Of a stretch of DNA of 64,000 bases, positions 11,721 to 21,844 are shown in pieces. Both the position numbers and the translations under genes were made by a program. Each line of letters begins with the position of its first letter. The stretch's first letter is position 1. The DNA is from Hyphomicrobiales bacterium (GTDB taxonomy: Bacteria > Pseudomonadota > Alphaproteobacteria > Rhizobiales > TMED25). The stretch lies in contig JBMYRO010000002.1 in NCBI GenBank assembly GCA_049602435.1, positions 35,370-99,369 of the forward strand, given 5' to 3'. Below the pieces are notes generated by a model. That model searched no databases. It was not told where the DNA came from and saw only the letters and a program-made list of their open reading frames with translations.

Positions 11721-12434
11721 TTAGTTTGACAGTATTTGATTCAAACTATCACGAAATTTAGAGAGATTTAATTGCAATGGAACATATAGGTCTCTTTTCA
11801 GAAAAAATTCTGTTAATAATAGCCCTTTTTTAAGCTCCAGATCGTTTAAGTTACTCCCACCAAATATAAATTCTGGTATTTCAATTAATTTACTTTTATA
11901 TGGTTCACCAACTTCTTTTGTTACAGCTCTTCCTGTCCTTGGCGAAATATATTTTAAATCTGTATTTGACATTGTAACAGCGCATTCGGACATATCCACG
12001 CCATAACCTAATTGTTCCAAAAAAAACAATTCCCAAAGCACCAGACCTTTTATTAAATTACTATAATCGCCAGTAAAATCTAGGAGTGAGCTTGTTCTAT
12101 TAAATAATTCAGGAAATGATTCTCTTTCTGGCAAAATTCTTAGATGTGATACTAAAGTTTGAAGTACAACGATACTAACTCTATTATTTATAAACTTCCC
12201 TGATCTTGATCTATCCAATTCAAAAGTTAACGTCCCTAGATGCTCTGATAATCTTGCTTTCCATATAAAACTGATTGTATTACCTGGCTGAAGAATTGGC
12301 TGATTATTTTTAGATTGATAATTGCGCGCTAGACCGACATGTCTGCCGTGGTTTTTAGATAGTAATTCTAATAAACCAGCCCTCTCCCCATATTTACGAA
12401 CAGACAAAACAATTCCAATATCCTCAAAGTTCAT
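11721..12434 (-). CDS. recO: DNA repair protein RecO
   Basis: 237 aa with an OB-fold N-terminus. Its position directly downstream of era is the conserved rnc-era-recO order. Confidence 0.8.
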   Translation of the reverse strand: MNFEDIGIVLSVRKYGERAGLLELLSKNHGRHVGLARNYQSKNNQPILQPGNTISFIWKARLSEHLGTLTFELDRSRSGKFINNRVSIVVLQTLVSHLRILPERESFPELFNRTSSLLDFTGDYSNLIKGLVLWELFFLEQLGYGVDMSECAVTMSNTDLKYISPRTGRAVTKEVGEPYKSKLIEIPEFIFGGSNLNDLELKKGLLLTEFFLKRDLYVPLQLNLSKFRDSLNQILSN

Positions 12435-12475
12435 TTACAGCCAATACCCTTTGTAAAGTTATCATGTATATATGT

Positions 12476-13357
12476 CTAATTTGTACTATTTGAAATGTTA
12501 TGCTTTTTAAGTTTTATAAATAGATATAAGTGAACTTTCTTATTTAAATAGTTTTGAATTTCAATCCTCGACTCAGTAGATATTTTTTTTATTTTCTCAC
12601 CTTTTTTTCCTAGTATTATTTTTTTATGATTATCGTTATCTACGTATATGTTTTGATGAATCTCTATTTCGTTTACATTTTTTTCAGACCATTTTTCTGT
12701 ATCTATCCTTATTGAATATGGTATTTCTTTATGAATGTAATATAATATTTTTTCTCTTGTGAATTCTTCGGCAATAAATACTTCTGAAATATTGGTTTTT
12801 AAATGCTCTGGGTACTCCCAATCTTTTTTGGGTATAATATTTATAAGATTGTTCAAAAAATCACTAACACCCTCAAGTTTTAATGCAGATATGAAATGAA
12901 TATCTTCTACATTCATTTCTTCTTTTATTTCTTTTACAAGTTTCAGGAGATATGTTTTTTTAACGAGGTCTATCTTATTAATAACTACCATAATCGTTCC
13001 ATTATAATCTTTTATCTGACTATAAATTGAAAAGTAGTTGGTTTCATGCGTCTTTGTAGGATCTATCATGTAAATTAGAACATCAGCTTGTTGTAAGCTG
13101 TTGATGGCTTCTCTAATTAATGGTCTTTCTCTATTATTAGTTGGCTTAAATAGACCTGGAGTATCAATAAAGATAATTTGTGCCAAACCCTTTGTTAAAA
13201 TTGCATTTATCTGCTTTCTAGTTGTCTGAACTTTATGTGAAACTATAGATAATTTTTTCTCTAAAAAAGCGTTTAGAAGAGTTGATTTGCCTGCATTAGT
13301 TGGCCCTATTATAGCCACACGTCCACAAGACCTTTTATCATCAATTCTTTGAGACAT
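12476..13357 (-). CDS. era: GTPase Era
   Basis: 293 aa. G1 GPTNAGKST, DTPG, NKID and a C-terminal KH domain. It overlaps the rnc stop by 17 nt. Confidence 0.92.
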   Translation of the reverse strand: MSQRIDDKRSCGRVAIIGPTNAGKSTLLNAFLEKKLSIVSHKVQTTRKQINAILTKGLAQIIFIDTPGLFKPTNNRERPLIREAINSLQQADVLIYMIDPTKTHETNYFSIYSQIKDYNGTIMVVINKIDLVKKTYLLKLVKEIKEEMNVEDIHFISALKLEGVSDFLNNLINIIPKKDWEYPEHLKTNISEVFIAEEFTREKILYYIHKEIPYSIRIDTEKWSEKNVNEIEIHQNIYVDNDNHKKIILGKKGEKIKKISTESRIEIQNYLNKKVHLYLFIKLKKHNISNSTN

Positions 13358-14021
13358 AATCGCTTCTTAATGCATTAATAGCTGCAACTCTCTCAGCTTG
13401 TTTTTTTGATTGACCAACACCCTCAAATTCTAAACTACTTCCAAGAATTAGTTTAATAGTAAATTCAGGGTTATGGTCTGGTCCTTTTCTACCTGCTTCA
13501 ATATATTTAGGAAGTTCATAGCCTCGAGACTGGCACCACTCTTGTAACATTGTTTTTGGATCGACTGGAGGATTCTCATTATTTAATGTATATTTTCCCC
13601 AATTTTTTTTTATAAAATTAAAGGCATTTTCAAATCCACCATCAAGGTATATTGCTGCGATAAGAGCCTCAAGACTGTCTGCTAATATTGTGCTTTTATT
13701 TCGCCCTCCTGTTTTCTCTTCATTATAACTCAAAATCAAATACTCATTGAGAGATATCATTCGTGCAATCTCTGCAAGTGTATCTTCATTCACTAAATTA
13801 TGCATTCTCCTTGTGAGATCACCCTCTGATTCAGATGGAAATTTATCAAACAATATTTTTGCAATGCACAGACCAAGAACTCTATCACCCAAAAATTCTA
13901 ATCTCTGAAAGATTGAATTTTTTCTTCTGTTTTTACCAGTATGAGTAAGAGATTCAATAAGCAGTGTCTCATCACGAAAATTGTATGATATTATTTGTGA
14001 TATTTTTTTTACATTACTCAT
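13341..14021 (-). CDS. rnc: ribonuclease III
   Basis: 226 aa. RNase III signature ERLEFLGDRVL and a C-terminal dsRBD (PKT.LQEW...). Confidence 0.93.
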   Translation of the reverse strand: MSNVKKISQIISYNFRDETLLIESLTHTGKNRRKNSIFQRLEFLGDRVLGLCIAKILFDKFPSESEGDLTRRMHNLVNEDTLAEIARMISLNEYLILSYNEEKTGGRNKSTILADSLEALIAAIYLDGGFENAFNFIKKNWGKYTLNNENPPVDPKTMLQEWCQSRGYELPKYIEAGRKGPDHNPEFTIKLILGSSLEFEGVGQSKKQAERVAAINALRSDYVSKN

Positions 14022-14753
14022 TTAGTTTATCTTCTTAGCAATTCTGTCAAATCTAAATTTTTTATGCCAATTCCATATCTTCCAAAATGGCACTGATTTA
14101 TCTGAGGAGAAAAACAAAAACTCTGCCCTACCTACGAAATTTTCAAAGGGTACATAGCCCACTTGATCAATGAATCTAGAGTCAAGTGAATTATCTCTGT
14201 TATCACCCATCATAAAATAATGATTGTTGGGTACTCTATATATACCCGTGTTATCACCCAAACTTCCAATTTCTAGATCTAAGACAACATGACTCTTGCC
14301 ATCCAAAACCTCATTTTTTAATGTGTTTTTGCTATATTGTGTAAAGTATTTATAGTTATCAGTATAATTTGTGATACTAACTTGTTGGTCATTTATATAA
14401 ATCAAACCATTTTTTATTTGTATTTTATCTCCTGGCAAACCAATAACTCTCTTAATGTAGTCTACATCTGTATCATTTGGTAATCTGAAAACAACCACAT
14501 CGCCTCTCTCTGGCAATCTAGCAAAAACTCTGTCCTTTATAATATTTGGAGAGAATGGAAGGGAATATCTCGAATATCCATATGAATATTTTGATACAAA
14601 TAAATAGTCACCAACTAATAAATTGGGAAGCATGGATCCAGAGGGTATTGTGAAAGGTTGCAAAATAAAGGTTCTTATAAAAAATGCTATTAATATTGCA
14701 TAAATTAAAGTCCTAATATTTTCAAAAATGCTGTTTTTGTTTTTAGTAGTCAT
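14022..14753 (-). CDS. lepB: signal peptidase I
   Basis: 243 aa. A TM anchor, then the SGSMLPNL (catalytic Ser), YIKRVIGLPGD (Lys) and GDNRDNSLDSR boxes. Confidence 0.93.
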   Translation of the reverse strand: MTTKNKNSIFENIRTLIYAILIAFFIRTFILQPFTIPSGSMLPNLLVGDYLFVSKYSYGYSRYSLPFSPNIIKDRVFARLPERGDVVVFRLPNDTDVDYIKRVIGLPGDKIQIKNGLIYINDQQVSITNYTDNYKYFTQYSKNTLKNEVLDGKSHVVLDLEIGSLGDNTGIYRVPNNHYFMMGDNRDNSLDSRFIDQVGYVPFENFVGRAEFLFFSSDKSVPFWKIWNWHKKFRFDRIAKKIN

Positions 14754-14756
14754 TAT

Positions 14757-15152
14757 TTATTTTTCATAGGTAATTATCACAATTGCCTGAGCATAAGGGT
14801 ATTCATCAGTTATAGTTACGTCTATCTTACTAGTGCAATCTGGGGGTGTTAAATTTTTTAATATTTCTAGAGCACCATTGTGCAGATATAATTCAGGTTT
14901 ACCTGATTTACTATTTATTATCTCAATATCTCTCCAATAAACACCTTTTCTAAAACCAGTACCGAGAGCCTTGGAGCATGCTTCTTTAACTGCATATCGT
15001 TTTGCATATGAATTTACACTTAACCTTCGAGACTCACATTTTGCAATTTCTTTAGTAGTAAAAATTCTTTTCTTAAATCTATCACCATAACGATCTATGA
15101 CAGTCTCAATTCGTTTAATATCGATAATATCTGTTCCCATTCCAAGTATCAT
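14757..15152 (-). CDS. acpS: holo-[acyl-carrier-protein] synthase
   Basis: 131 aa starting M.LG.GTDI..I.R, a 4'-phosphopantetheinyl transferase fold. It has a 4-nt overlap with pdxJ. Confidence 0.9.
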   Translation of the reverse strand: MILGMGTDIIDIKRIETVIDRYGDRFKKRIFTTKEIAKCESRRLSVNSYAKRYAVKEACSKALGTGFRKGVYWRDIEIINSKSGKPELYLHNGALEILKNLTPPDCTSKIDVTITDEYPYAQAIVIITYEK

Positions 15153-15907
15153 ATAAAATTTTTCCTTTGATTATTTATCATAGCTCTAAATCTTTTTATA
15201 ACACAATCCAGACCGTCAAAAACTGACTCTCCAATAATAAAATGTCCAATATTTAATTCTTTTAGTGGCTTAATTTTTGAGATCAATTCCGTTGTTTCAT
15301 AATTTAATCCATGCCCTGCATGCACTTCTAACCCAATATTCTCAGCCAAAAGAGCAATTTCTTTTATCTTTTCAAATTCATTCTGCATTATTTTTGGGTC
15401 TGAATAGAAGTTATTTGAGAAACTCCCAGTATGAATTTCAACAATATCAGAATTAAGATTTTGTGCCTCCTCTACATCTTCTTTTTTGGGATCTATAAAA
15501 AGTGATACCCTTATGCCTTCACTTTTCAAGGCATGAACGCACTCTCTGATTTGTCTATTGTTGGTAAATAAATCTAAACCACCTTCAGTTGTAACTTCTT
15601 CTCTTTTTTCTGGGACTAAGCAACAGGCATTTGGTTTATGTTTAATTGCAATTTTTAACATTTCATAGGTAGGAGCCATTTCCAAATTCAGCGGAAGATT
15701 AATTTCATCCATTAAACGTGATATATCCAAATCACTAATATGCCTTCTGTCTTCTCTAAGATGAGCAGTTATTCCATCTGCTCCGGCTTTAGAGGCAATC
15801 TGAGCCGCTTTGAGGGGATCAGGATGTACACCACCTCTTGCATTCCTAATTGTTGCAACGTGATCTATGTTCACTCCTAATCTGAGGTAGAGATCGTCTG
15901 AGTTCAT
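15149..15907 (-). CDS. pdxJ: pyridoxine 5'-phosphate synthase
   Basis: LGVNIDHVATIRNARG and HLREDRRHI motifs. I prefer the internal Met (MNSDDLYLRLGVNIDH), which forms an ATGA overlap with the pyrE stop. The longest ORF extends to 15955. Confidence 0.88.
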   Translation of the reverse strand: MNSDDLYLRLGVNIDHVATIRNARGGVHPDPLKAAQIASKAGADGITAHLREDRRHISDLDISRLMDEINLPLNLEMAPTYEMLKIAIKHKPNACCLVPEKREEVTTEGGLDLFTNNRQIRECVHALKSEGIRVSLFIDPKKEDVEEAQNLNSDIVEIHTGSFSNNFYSDPKIMQNEFEKIKEIALLAENIGLEVHAGHGLNYETTELISKIKPLKELNIGHFIIGESVFDGLDCVIKRFRAMINNQRKNFI

Positions 15908-16485
15908 TTCAGATTTCTGCTTCCTGGTTTTGAAATTGGCAGAGCATTTAGCCAATCTGGTATTTCTGAGTCTTTGAATGTTTCAATCTGCATTTTTGCA
16001 AGCGAAACAAGATCAACTCCAACATCTGCCGTACCGCCTGATCTATCGATCAGACATGCAGCTCCAATAACTTCTCCTCCATTCTGGTTTATTGCTGATA
16101 TACATTCTCTTGATGACAAACCGGTTGTAACTATATCTTCAACCATTAAACATCTCTGACCCTTTTCAATTTCAAAACCCCTTCTTAATGTAAAATTACC
16201 ATCTACTCTTTCAAAAAAAACTGCTGGACACTTTAATTGTCTTGCTACTTCGTACCCTACTATAACGCCTCCCATCGCTGGTGATACAATCATATCAACG
16301 GTTTCAAATCTTTGTGAAATCATATTTGCTAATTGACCACATAATTGACTTGCAATTTCTGGGAACATCATTACCCGTGCACATTGAATATACTTAGCTG
16401 AATGAAGTCCAGAACTTAGAACAAAATGTCCCTCAAGTAATGCCTTTGCTTCAATGAATTTATCAAATATTTCTTTTTCGTTCAT
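15904..16485 (-). CDS. pyrE: orotate phosphoribosyltransferase
   Basis: 193 aa. GHF.LSSG.HS..Y and the PRPP-binding loop LMVEDIVTTGLS. Confidence 0.9.
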   Translation of the reverse strand: MNEKEIFDKFIEAKALLEGHFVLSSGLHSAKYIQCARVMMFPEIASQLCGQLANMISQRFETVDMIVSPAMGGVIVGYEVARQLKCPAVFFERVDGNFTLRRGFEIEKGQRCLMVEDIVTTGLSSRECISAINQNGGEVIGAACLIDRSGGTADVGVDLVSLAKMQIETFKDSEIPDWLNALPISKPGSRNLK

Positions 16486-16497
16486 TTAATCCTCAAT

Positions 16498-18663
16498 TCA
16501 ATCCATAATTCTGACAACTCTATGTACAACGTTTAGCTTTCTGATTGAACTTATAACTAAATTAAGATGCGAGAGATGAAAAACACCTATATCGATATCT
16601 AATTTATAGAAATCCCTGGATCTTGATATTAATTTTAAGTTCTCTATATTCGCATTAGAAAGTCCAATAGCACGTGATATTTTAGCAAGTGCTCCAACTT
16701 CATTTTGACAATCTATCATAACCCTAGCAATAAATCGTTCAGATAAGTTATTATCAATATCCCAAGTTAAATCTATGAAAGAAACCATGTTTTCTGAATA
16801 TTTATTGAGGTTTTTTGATTGTTTTGAATAAATTGTAATTCCATTATCACCATCGTTTACTCCAAATATCTTATCGCCCGGCACAACCCTGCTATTTTCG
16901 GCAAACTTAAATGGTATATTTTTATCAAATCCTCTCACCGGGATGCTAATAGAATTAACTGTAGGGTTAACTTCAAAACTTTTATTGTCGGACTTTTTAA
17001 TAATATCCATTTTTACAAAAGCTTTTCTTATAAGTTCTGGAGTAATTTCACCTCTTCCAATTTTACTATAAAGATCATCGGATGATTTTAATCCAAATTT
17101 ATTACAAAAATCCTTCATGTTAGGAATTTTTTCAGCTGATGTTGAGTTTTTTAAGATTTTATCTAGAATCTGTTTGCCAAGTTCCGCATACTGATTCTTT
17201 ATCTTTTCTTTGTTAATTCTTCTTATCGCAAGTTTTGCTTTACCGGTTACAGCAATCTTTTCCCATGCCATGGGCGGTAATGATTTTTCATCAGTGATAA
17301 TTTCAATTTCATCTCCATTCGCTAACTCAGCATAAAGAGGTGAATTAACACCATTTACTCTACAACCTATGCATTTCATTCCGATGTCTGTGTGAACTTC
17401 AAAGGCAAAATCAATTGGTGTTGCTCCTAATGGTAATGCAATTATTCTGCCCTTTGGAGTAAAACAAAAAACCTGATCCTGAAATAATTCAAGTTTAGTA
17501 CTTTCAAAGAAATCTTCAGAGCTTTCGCCTTGATTTAGCATTTCTAATAGGTCGTCTAACCATGGATATTTTTGTTTTTCTCCCTTAATATTTCGATCTT
17601 TATAGTCTCTGTGAGCAGCAACTCCACGTTCTGCAATATCATGCATCTTGTCAGTTCTTATTTGTAATTCTATTCTATTATTGTTTGGGCCAAGGATAGT
17701 TGTATGAATTGATTGATAGTCATTAATTTTGGGAGTTGATATATAATCTTTAAATCTTCCAGGGATAGCACTCCATTTTTGATGGACTATCCCGATAATT
17801 TTATAACAATCATCTATTGTATCTACTATAATTCTAAACCCGTATATATCTGATAATTGCTCTAAAGAGATAGATTTCCTGTTCATTTTTTGCCAAATGG
17901 AAAATGGTTTCTTTTCCCTGCCATCGACACGAAATTTAATGTTATGTTTAGACAATTCATCAGTTAGGATACTCTTTATACTATCTATTAATTCATTTGA
18001 GTCTGAGCTAATTGATTTTAGTTTTTCTAATATAATTTTACGAGCCTTTGGGTTTAATACATCAAATGCTAGTTCTTCAAGTTCTTCTTTTAATGCATGT
18101 ATACCCAATCTTCCGGACAAAGGTGCATAAATCTCAATAGTTTCTTTGGCAATAATTTGTTGTTTTTCTGATGGAAGGAAATTAATTGTTCTCATATTAT
18201 GAAGTCGGTCAGCTAGTTTTACAATTAAAACACGTACATCACTTGACATTGCCAAAATTAATTTTCTAAAATTTTCCGCTTGCTCCGCTTCTTTCGTAAA
18301 TAAATCGAGTTTCCCAATTTTTGTTAGTCCATCTACGAGATTGCCTATTTCATCACCAAATTCTTTTTTAATAGACCCCAATGTGAGCTTTGTATCTTCA
18401 ATCGTATCATGCAACAAAGCTGTAATGATTGTAGAGTCATCCAACCTATATTCAGTCAATATTTTGGCCACTTCCAATGGATGAGAGATATATGGATCTC
18501 CAGATCTGCGTTTTTGATTCTGATGCGCAATATCTGCAATAACAAAAGCCCTATTAATAAGCTCTTTGTTCGTTGATGGATTATACTTTGTTATGCACTC
18601 TATTAGATGATTTTCATTAAGCATTTTTGTACCAATTTCTCTATTATATTTGGTGTAACACAA
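16498..18663 (-). CDS. spoT: bifunctional (p)ppGpp synthetase/hydrolase (RSH, SpoT/Rel)
   Basis: 721 aa. HD hydrolase (HPLEVA, LLHDTIEDT), synthetase (RFKDYISTPK.NDYQSIHT), TGS and a C-terminal ACT region. An alternative start at Met14 (18624) is possible. Confidence 0.9.
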   Translation of the reverse strand: MCYTKYNREIGTKMLNENHLIECITKYNPSTNKELINRAFVIADIAHQNQKRRSGDPYISHPLEVAKILTEYRLDDSTIITALLHDTIEDTKLTLGSIKKEFGDEIGNLVDGLTKIGKLDLFTKEAEQAENFRKLILAMSSDVRVLIVKLADRLHNMRTINFLPSEKQQIIAKETIEIYAPLSGRLGIHALKEELEELAFDVLNPKARKIILEKLKSISSDSNELIDSIKSILTDELSKHNIKFRVDGREKKPFSIWQKMNRKSISLEQLSDIYGFRIIVDTIDDCYKIIGIVHQKWSAIPGRFKDYISTPKINDYQSIHTTILGPNNNRIELQIRTDKMHDIAERGVAAHRDYKDRNIKGEKQKYPWLDDLLEMLNQGESSEDFFESTKLELFQDQVFCFTPKGRIIALPLGATPIDFAFEVHTDIGMKCIGCRVNGVNSPLYAELANGDEIEIITDEKSLPPMAWEKIAVTGKAKLAIRRINKEKIKNQYAELGKQILDKILKNSTSAEKIPNMKDFCNKFGLKSSDDLYSKIGRGEITPELIRKAFVKMDIIKKSDNKSFEVNPTVNSISIPVRGFDKNIPFKFAENSRVVPGDKIFGVNDGDNGITIYSKQSKNLNKYSENMVSFIDLTWDIDNNLSERFIARVMIDCQNEVGALAKISRAIGLSNANIENLKLISRSRDFYKLDIDIGVFHLSHLNLVISSIRKLNVVHRVVRIMD

Positions 18664-18742
18664 ATTAAAATAAAAAAATGAATAATAACTCGAACAGAAA
18701 CTTACTTTTGATCAAAAATTGTAAAAGTCAAAATTCTAAATT

Positions 18743-19906
18743 TCAAACGAGATCTTTGATAATTTTTTCTGAAATAGTTTTTGCAGTGTAAGCTGAAAGT
18801 GTCCAACCAAGATGACCGTGTCCTGTGTGATACCAAATATGATTATTTTTTTTACTTTTTCTCATAATTGGCATCATATTTGGCGTCATCGGACGTAATC
18901 CGGTCCAAGTTTCAATTTCTGATGTGTCTATGCTTGGGAAGTTATTTTGAACCCAATGAATCAATGGACTTATCCTTTCGTTAGGAATATCCATATTATA
19001 ACCATTGAATTCTGCAGTGCCAGCTACTCTGAGTCTATCTTGACCTAATCTTGAAGCTACGATCTTAGCTTCATCATCTAATAAACTCACCCATGGAGCA
19101 TTTTGAGGATTGTTTATTGTGATACTATAACCTTTGACTGGATATATTGGCAAATGATCACCCACAGTCTTTGCAAGTCTTTTACTTCCAGTTCCGGCAC
19201 AAACTACGATTGAATTATCAAAATCCCTTAAGCTAGTTATTTCCTCTTGAAATATTTTTACTCGATATTCTTTTTTAAGTTTATTTGCCAATTCCTGACA
19301 AAATTTATGGATGTCACCAGTAAAATCACTTTTGGTATAAAGACCTCCTATAATATTGTTTTTGGCGAGCGATGGTTCTAGATTGTAAATTTCTTCTGTG
19401 GTCAAGACTTCTCTTTGTAACCCTGCTTGACTATAAATTTGGTTTGCTTTTAAAGCATGATCAAATTCTTTTTGTGATTTATAAAAATGTAAAATTCCTT
19501 TTTTTATTGAGTCGTAGTTAATATTTTCTTCAAGTTCTATTTTTTTATATAATTCACGTGACTCAATTGCCATTAAACAAGTTTTTAGAGTGTTTTTATC
19601 AGCATTTGAAATCTCGCTTAAGAATCTGATTAACCATGAATACTTATCCCAACTTGGAGTGAGATTTAACCTCAGTGGAGCACTTTTATTTGTTAACCAT
19701 TTAATTCCTTTCCAGATATTTCTATAGGAATTCCATGTCTCAGAATTGGATACAGATATTTGACCACCATTTGCGTATGATGTTCCCATTGCAGGATATT
19801 CTTCTCTATCAATAATCTCGACATCAATCCCTGCTTTGGCTAAGTAGTAAGCGGTTGTGATACCTGCAATACCAGCACCAATAACACTTACTTTATTACT
19901 TATCAT
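18743..19906 (-). CDS. FAD-dependent oxidoreductase, D-amino-acid dehydrogenase (DadA)-like
   Basis: 387 aa. N-terminal dinucleotide fold VSVIGAGIAGITTAYYLAKAG, then IDRE...GTSYANGGQIS. It appears collinear with DadA as I recall the sequence. The substrate cannot be inferred. Confidence 0.75.
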   Translation of the reverse strand: MISNKVSVIGAGIAGITTAYYLAKAGIDVEIIDREEYPAMGTSYANGGQISVSNSETWNSYRNIWKGIKWLTNKSAPLRLNLTPSWDKYSWLIRFLSEISNADKNTLKTCLMAIESRELYKKIELEENINYDSIKKGILHFYKSQKEFDHALKANQIYSQAGLQREVLTTEEIYNLEPSLAKNNIIGGLYTKSDFTGDIHKFCQELANKLKKEYRVKIFQEEITSLRDFDNSIVVCAGTGSKRLAKTVGDHLPIYPVKGYSITINNPQNAPWVSLLDDEAKIVASRLGQDRLRVAGTAEFNGYNMDIPNERISPLIHWVQNNFPSIDTSEIETWTGLRPMTPNMMPIMRKSKKNNHIWYHTGHGHLGWTLSAYTAKTISEKIIKDLV

Positions 19907-19909
19907 TAT

Positions 19910-20788
19910 TTATATCTTGGCTAAGACAAAATCATATTCAACATCATAGTATGGTTTGTCAAATCCATGCTCATTAATTTTCTTTATATCATTTATTAGC
20001 TTAAAATTTGCCATCAAACTCTCTTTAACACCAAAAACAGCATCAGAATTAATATATTGATCATTTGGGTCAAACAAATGAGTTGTCAGAGTTTGATAAC
20101 CTTCTTTTTGGACTATATAGTGGAAGTGCGCTGGACGAAATGGATGCCTCCCCATAGATGCAAGTAATTTACCAACAGGACCGTCGTCTGGTATAGGGTA
20201 GTATCTTGGTTTTGCTGATTTAAAAAAATACTTACCATCAGCTTCTGTAAAAAATTTACCTCTGAGATTAAAGTCCGGTTGAATTCCTTTTTGTTGGACA
20301 TCATAAAAACCGTCTTCGTTCGCTTGCCAGATATCAATCTGAGCGCCTGATATTGGATTACCATCAATATCAAGGATATTACCATGAACATACATAGGTT
20401 CACCTTTCCCATCGAGACTGATATTAGCTCCCATTTTTGTTTCAGGAACACCCTCGATATGGAAGGGTCCAAGGACAGTATTTTCTGATGCCCCATTAGG
20501 CCTTCTGCTGTTAATGGCATCTACAAGCATAGATACCCCGAGAATATCAGATAAAAGAATATATTCCTGTCGCCAATCATCAGTTTTATGACCTGTCTCA
20601 GTTAGAAACATAATTGCTTTCATCCATTCATCTTGAGTTGGTTCTATTTCTTTAACAGCTTCATGCAATTTTTTTATTATCACGGTCATGACCTCTTTCA
20701 ATCTTGGATCACAATCAGAGGATATCCTCTCAATAACAGCTTCAATTGATTTTTCTTCTGTAAAATATCCTAATTTTTCTTGAGACAT
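19910..20788 (-). CDS. intradiol ring-cleavage dioxygenase (hydroxyquinol / catechol 1,2-dioxygenase family)
   Basis: 292 aa. It has a dioxygenase N-terminal helical domain followed by G.I.D..G.P...A.IDIWQAN..G.Y and PAHFHY. The Fe(III) Tyr and His ligand regions are recognisable. Confidence 0.8.
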   Translation of the reverse strand: MSQEKLGYFTEEKSIEAVIERISSDCDPRLKEVMTVIIKKLHEAVKEIEPTQDEWMKAIMFLTETGHKTDDWRQEYILLSDILGVSMLVDAINSRRPNGASENTVLGPFHIEGVPETKMGANISLDGKGEPMYVHGNILDIDGNPISGAQIDIWQANEDGFYDVQQKGIQPDFNLRGKFFTEADGKYFFKSAKPRYYPIPDDGPVGKLLASMGRHPFRPAHFHYIVQKEGYQTLTTHLFDPNDQYINSDAVFGVKESLMANFKLINDIKKINEHGFDKPYYDVEYDFVLAKI

Positions 20789-20898
20789 TGCTTTAACCTG
20801 ACTATTTTAAATTACTTGTATACATTCACAGCATACATCTAAAAAAATAATTTACAATAAAAGTAGGGATACAGTAATTAGAATTGATAGAGATAAAT

Positions 20899-21303
20899 TT
20901 AAATTCTAGGTGGCTTATAACCACTATCTGCAGCGATTGCTTTTTCCATACCTCGAAGTAATTCTTCTTCGGACATTCTTTCGCTTTCTTCTTCAATTTG
21001 GTCAACATTGTCACCAAATATTTTTGTATCTAGTGGTTCAACTGATGGTGCAGCATCTTCTTCTGGCTCGTCAACTTCAACGTGCTTCTGAAGTGAATGA
21101 ATTAATTCCTCACGAAGATCCTCTGGAGTAACCTGATCATCTGCAATTTCTCTGAGAGCAACAACAGGGTTTTTGTCATTATCTCTGGCAACAGTTATTT
21201 GCGATCCGCCTGCAATCATTCTTGCACGATGACTCGCAACTAAAACTAAATCGAACCTATTCGCAACTTTATCAATACAATCTTCTACTGTTACTCTTGC
21301 CAT
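20899..21303 (-). CDS. rpoZ: DNA-directed RNA polymerase subunit omega
   Basis: 134 aa starting [27 protein letters not shown], with an acidic C-terminal extension as in alpha-type omega. Confidence 0.92.
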   Translation of the reverse strand: MARVTVEDCIDKVANRFDLVLVASHRARMIAGGSQITVARDNDKNPVVALREIADDQVTPEDLREELIHSLQKHVEVDEPEEDAAPSVEPLDTKIFGDNVDQIEEESERMSEEELLRGMEKAIAADSGYKPPRI

Positions 21304-21366
21304 TGTGATAACTCCTATTTTTGTTAGGTTTATAACTATTTTTAATAATAATCAATGTAAAAATTA

Positions 21367-21834
21367 TTATTGATCTTTTTTTAATAGCCTTTGTTTACTT
21401 CTATCCCAGTCTCTCTTTTTTTCAGCCTCTCTCTTATCATAAAGCTTTTTACCTTTTGCTATTGCTAGTTCCATTTTTGCAACACCTTTTGAGTTAAAAT
21501 AGAGCTTTAGAGGGATTAATGTTAAACCTTTCTGATCAATATAACCCTGTATTTTTTTTATCTCACGTTTGTGTAATAAGAGTTTTCTAATTCGTCTTGG
21601 ATTTGTATCTTTTTGTGATGAATTTTTGTATTCAGTAATGAATAAGTTATGAATTTTAATTTCATCATTTTCAGGAGCAGCGTATGTATCTGAAATGTTA
21701 ACCTTGCTTGTTCTCAATGATTTAACTTCTGATCCGGCTAAAACAATACCTGCTTCCATCGTTTCAACTATTTCGTAGTTAAATCGAGCCCTTCTGTTCT
21801 GGGATATTATTTTGGTATTATCATTTTGAGACAT
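21367..21834 (-). CDS. smpB: SsrA-binding protein
   Basis: 155 aa. NRRARFNYEI...EAGIVL.GSEVKSLR and a basic C-terminal tail. Confidence 0.93.
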   Translation of the reverse strand: MSQNDNTKIISQNRRARFNYEIVETMEAGIVLAGSEVKSLRTSKVNISDTYAAPENDEIKIHNLFITEYKNSSQKDTNPRRIRKLLLHKREIKKIQGYIDQKGLTLIPLKLYFNSKGVAKMELAIAKGKKLYDKREAEKKRDWDRSKQRLLKKDQ

Positions 21835-21844
21835 TTTGTTATAA

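Noticed and set aside
15908-15955. 16-codon N-terminal extension of pdxJ (MAKCSANFKTRKQKSE)
   Set aside because: It overlaps the pyrE 3' end by 52 nt. The internal Met gives the usual distance to LGVNIDH and an ATGA stop/start overlap.
20113-20520. 135-aa same-strand alternative-frame ORF inside the dioxygenase gene
   Set aside because: The dioxygenase frame is continuous and motif-bearing over the whole interval. The alternative frame has no start context or motif.
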